DNA of 63,744 bases, filler included, from Octopus bimaculoides (Eukaryota): assembly GCF_001194135.2 (NCBI RefSeq). It is 11 parts of 10 records of this genome, joined end to end, with 100 filler letters (N's around TTAATTAATTAA, not from the genome) between each part and the next. Parts side by side here need not be neighbours in the genome. Positions count along the whole stretch, not along the records: positions 62,237 to 63,744 come from NW_026300769.1; 10 more parts are not named here. One strand, given 5' to 3'. Position 1 is the first letter of the stretch. Every line of letters begins with the position of its first letter. The position numbers and the translations under genes were made by a program. Below are positions 62,678 through 63,744 of this stretch, piece after piece. Below the pieces are notes generated by a model that was not told the DNA's origin, searched no databases, and saw nothing but the letters and a program-made list of their open reading frames with translations.

Positions 62678-63005
62678 CAAATGAACAAACGAAGGGAATA
62701 TAATATGCAATACATAAAAGTTAATATAATAGCAATCGTAGAAGTTAGTTTAGCTTCTAATTATTTATTTTTGAAAAAAATTTTATTGGCTTCGCTTTCA
62801 TTGAATGTTTAAAGCTAATGACTATTAAAAAAGAAATGGTACTTTGAAAGCGGCATCGGATAACTCAAAGTTAACAACAAACGCAAAACTGTCTCTGCAA
62901 TGGTGTTGCACACACTTCCATGAAAACATACATATACACACATACATATGTAGATACATGTGCCTACATATATACATACACAGACAAACAAACGCACATG
63001 TAAAC

Positions 63006-63062
<57 letters not shown>

Positions 63063-63201
63063 NNNNNNNNNNNNNNNNNNNNNNNNNNNNNNNNNNNNNN
63101 NNNNNNNNNNNNNNNNNNNNNNNNNNNNNNNNNNNNNNNNNNNNNNNNNNNNNNNNNNNNNNNNNNNNNNNNNNNNNNNNNNNNNNNNNNNNNNNNNNNN
63201 N

Positions 63202-63246
<45 letters not shown>

Positions 63247-63371
63247 GTATATTTTTGTATCTATATATGTACATACTCTCCGGTCATCCTTCTGTGCGTC
63301 TAGTTATATATGTTTGTGTATATGCATGTATGTATATCCCTATGTATCTATCTGTGAATTTATGCCTCCAT

Positions 63372-63412
<41 letters not shown>

Positions 63413-63744
63413 GTAATTCATCATACTCGTCTTTTTGTACACACCAAATATGTCTACATATATATATATACAAATTTTAATAACGAAATCCATATCAATC
63501 TATTCCTGTTACACCGAAACCTGGTCTTCAAGCTAAAATTTATTTCAACATAAATTATTTCAATATTAGCCTTCCATAGTAAAATTTCTACTTCGAAATT
63601 TATCTTGCGTGTGCATCATTTCATGCCTATTACATAAACTTTTACATTAGGGTGTATCATGCACAGAATAAACGACGCTATTATAATACGGGTATATTTT
63701 CAGGGATATTATTATACATAGGGGGAGGAAGGGCTCTCTCTCTT

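Noticed and set aside
2841-63553. Most ORFs in the six-frame track (poly-N/I/Y/M/S/V, YI/CV/HT repeats, X-filled ORFs)
   Set aside because: They are translations of microsatellites or read through N-gaps; no coding evidence.

Overview
AT-rich, gap-riddled eukaryotic (metazoan) genomic DNA. It is very probably Octopus; this is inferred from the repeat landscape of dense TA/CA/TAA/TATC/GAT microsatellites and octopus-type tRNA-derived SINEs, not proven. About 95% is intronic or intergenic repeat: several SINE families, fragments of R4/Dong, CR1, RTE, L1/Tx1 and Penelope-like retroelements, decayed Tc1 and mariner transposons, MITE/foldback elements and microsatellites. Ten TTAATTAATTAA scaffolding linkers sit inside N-runs. 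Nearly all ORFs in the supplied track are microsatellite or gap artefacts. The one convincing host coding sequence is a 951-nt minus-strand exon (2124->1174). It encodes six predicted transmembrane segments with the spacing and motifs of the insect gustatory/odorant receptor superfamily (GRL / 7TM ion channel) and ends at a phase-0 GTAAGT donor, with TM7 on a missing downstream exon. Other notable signals are three distinct families of minimal hammerhead-ribozyme-shaped motifs (two with non-canonical cores), a ~560-bp non-coding element that inserts into (TAA)n arrays next to Dong LINE fragments, and two hairpin/foldback element families. All family assignments come from motif recognition by eye; no database search was run.
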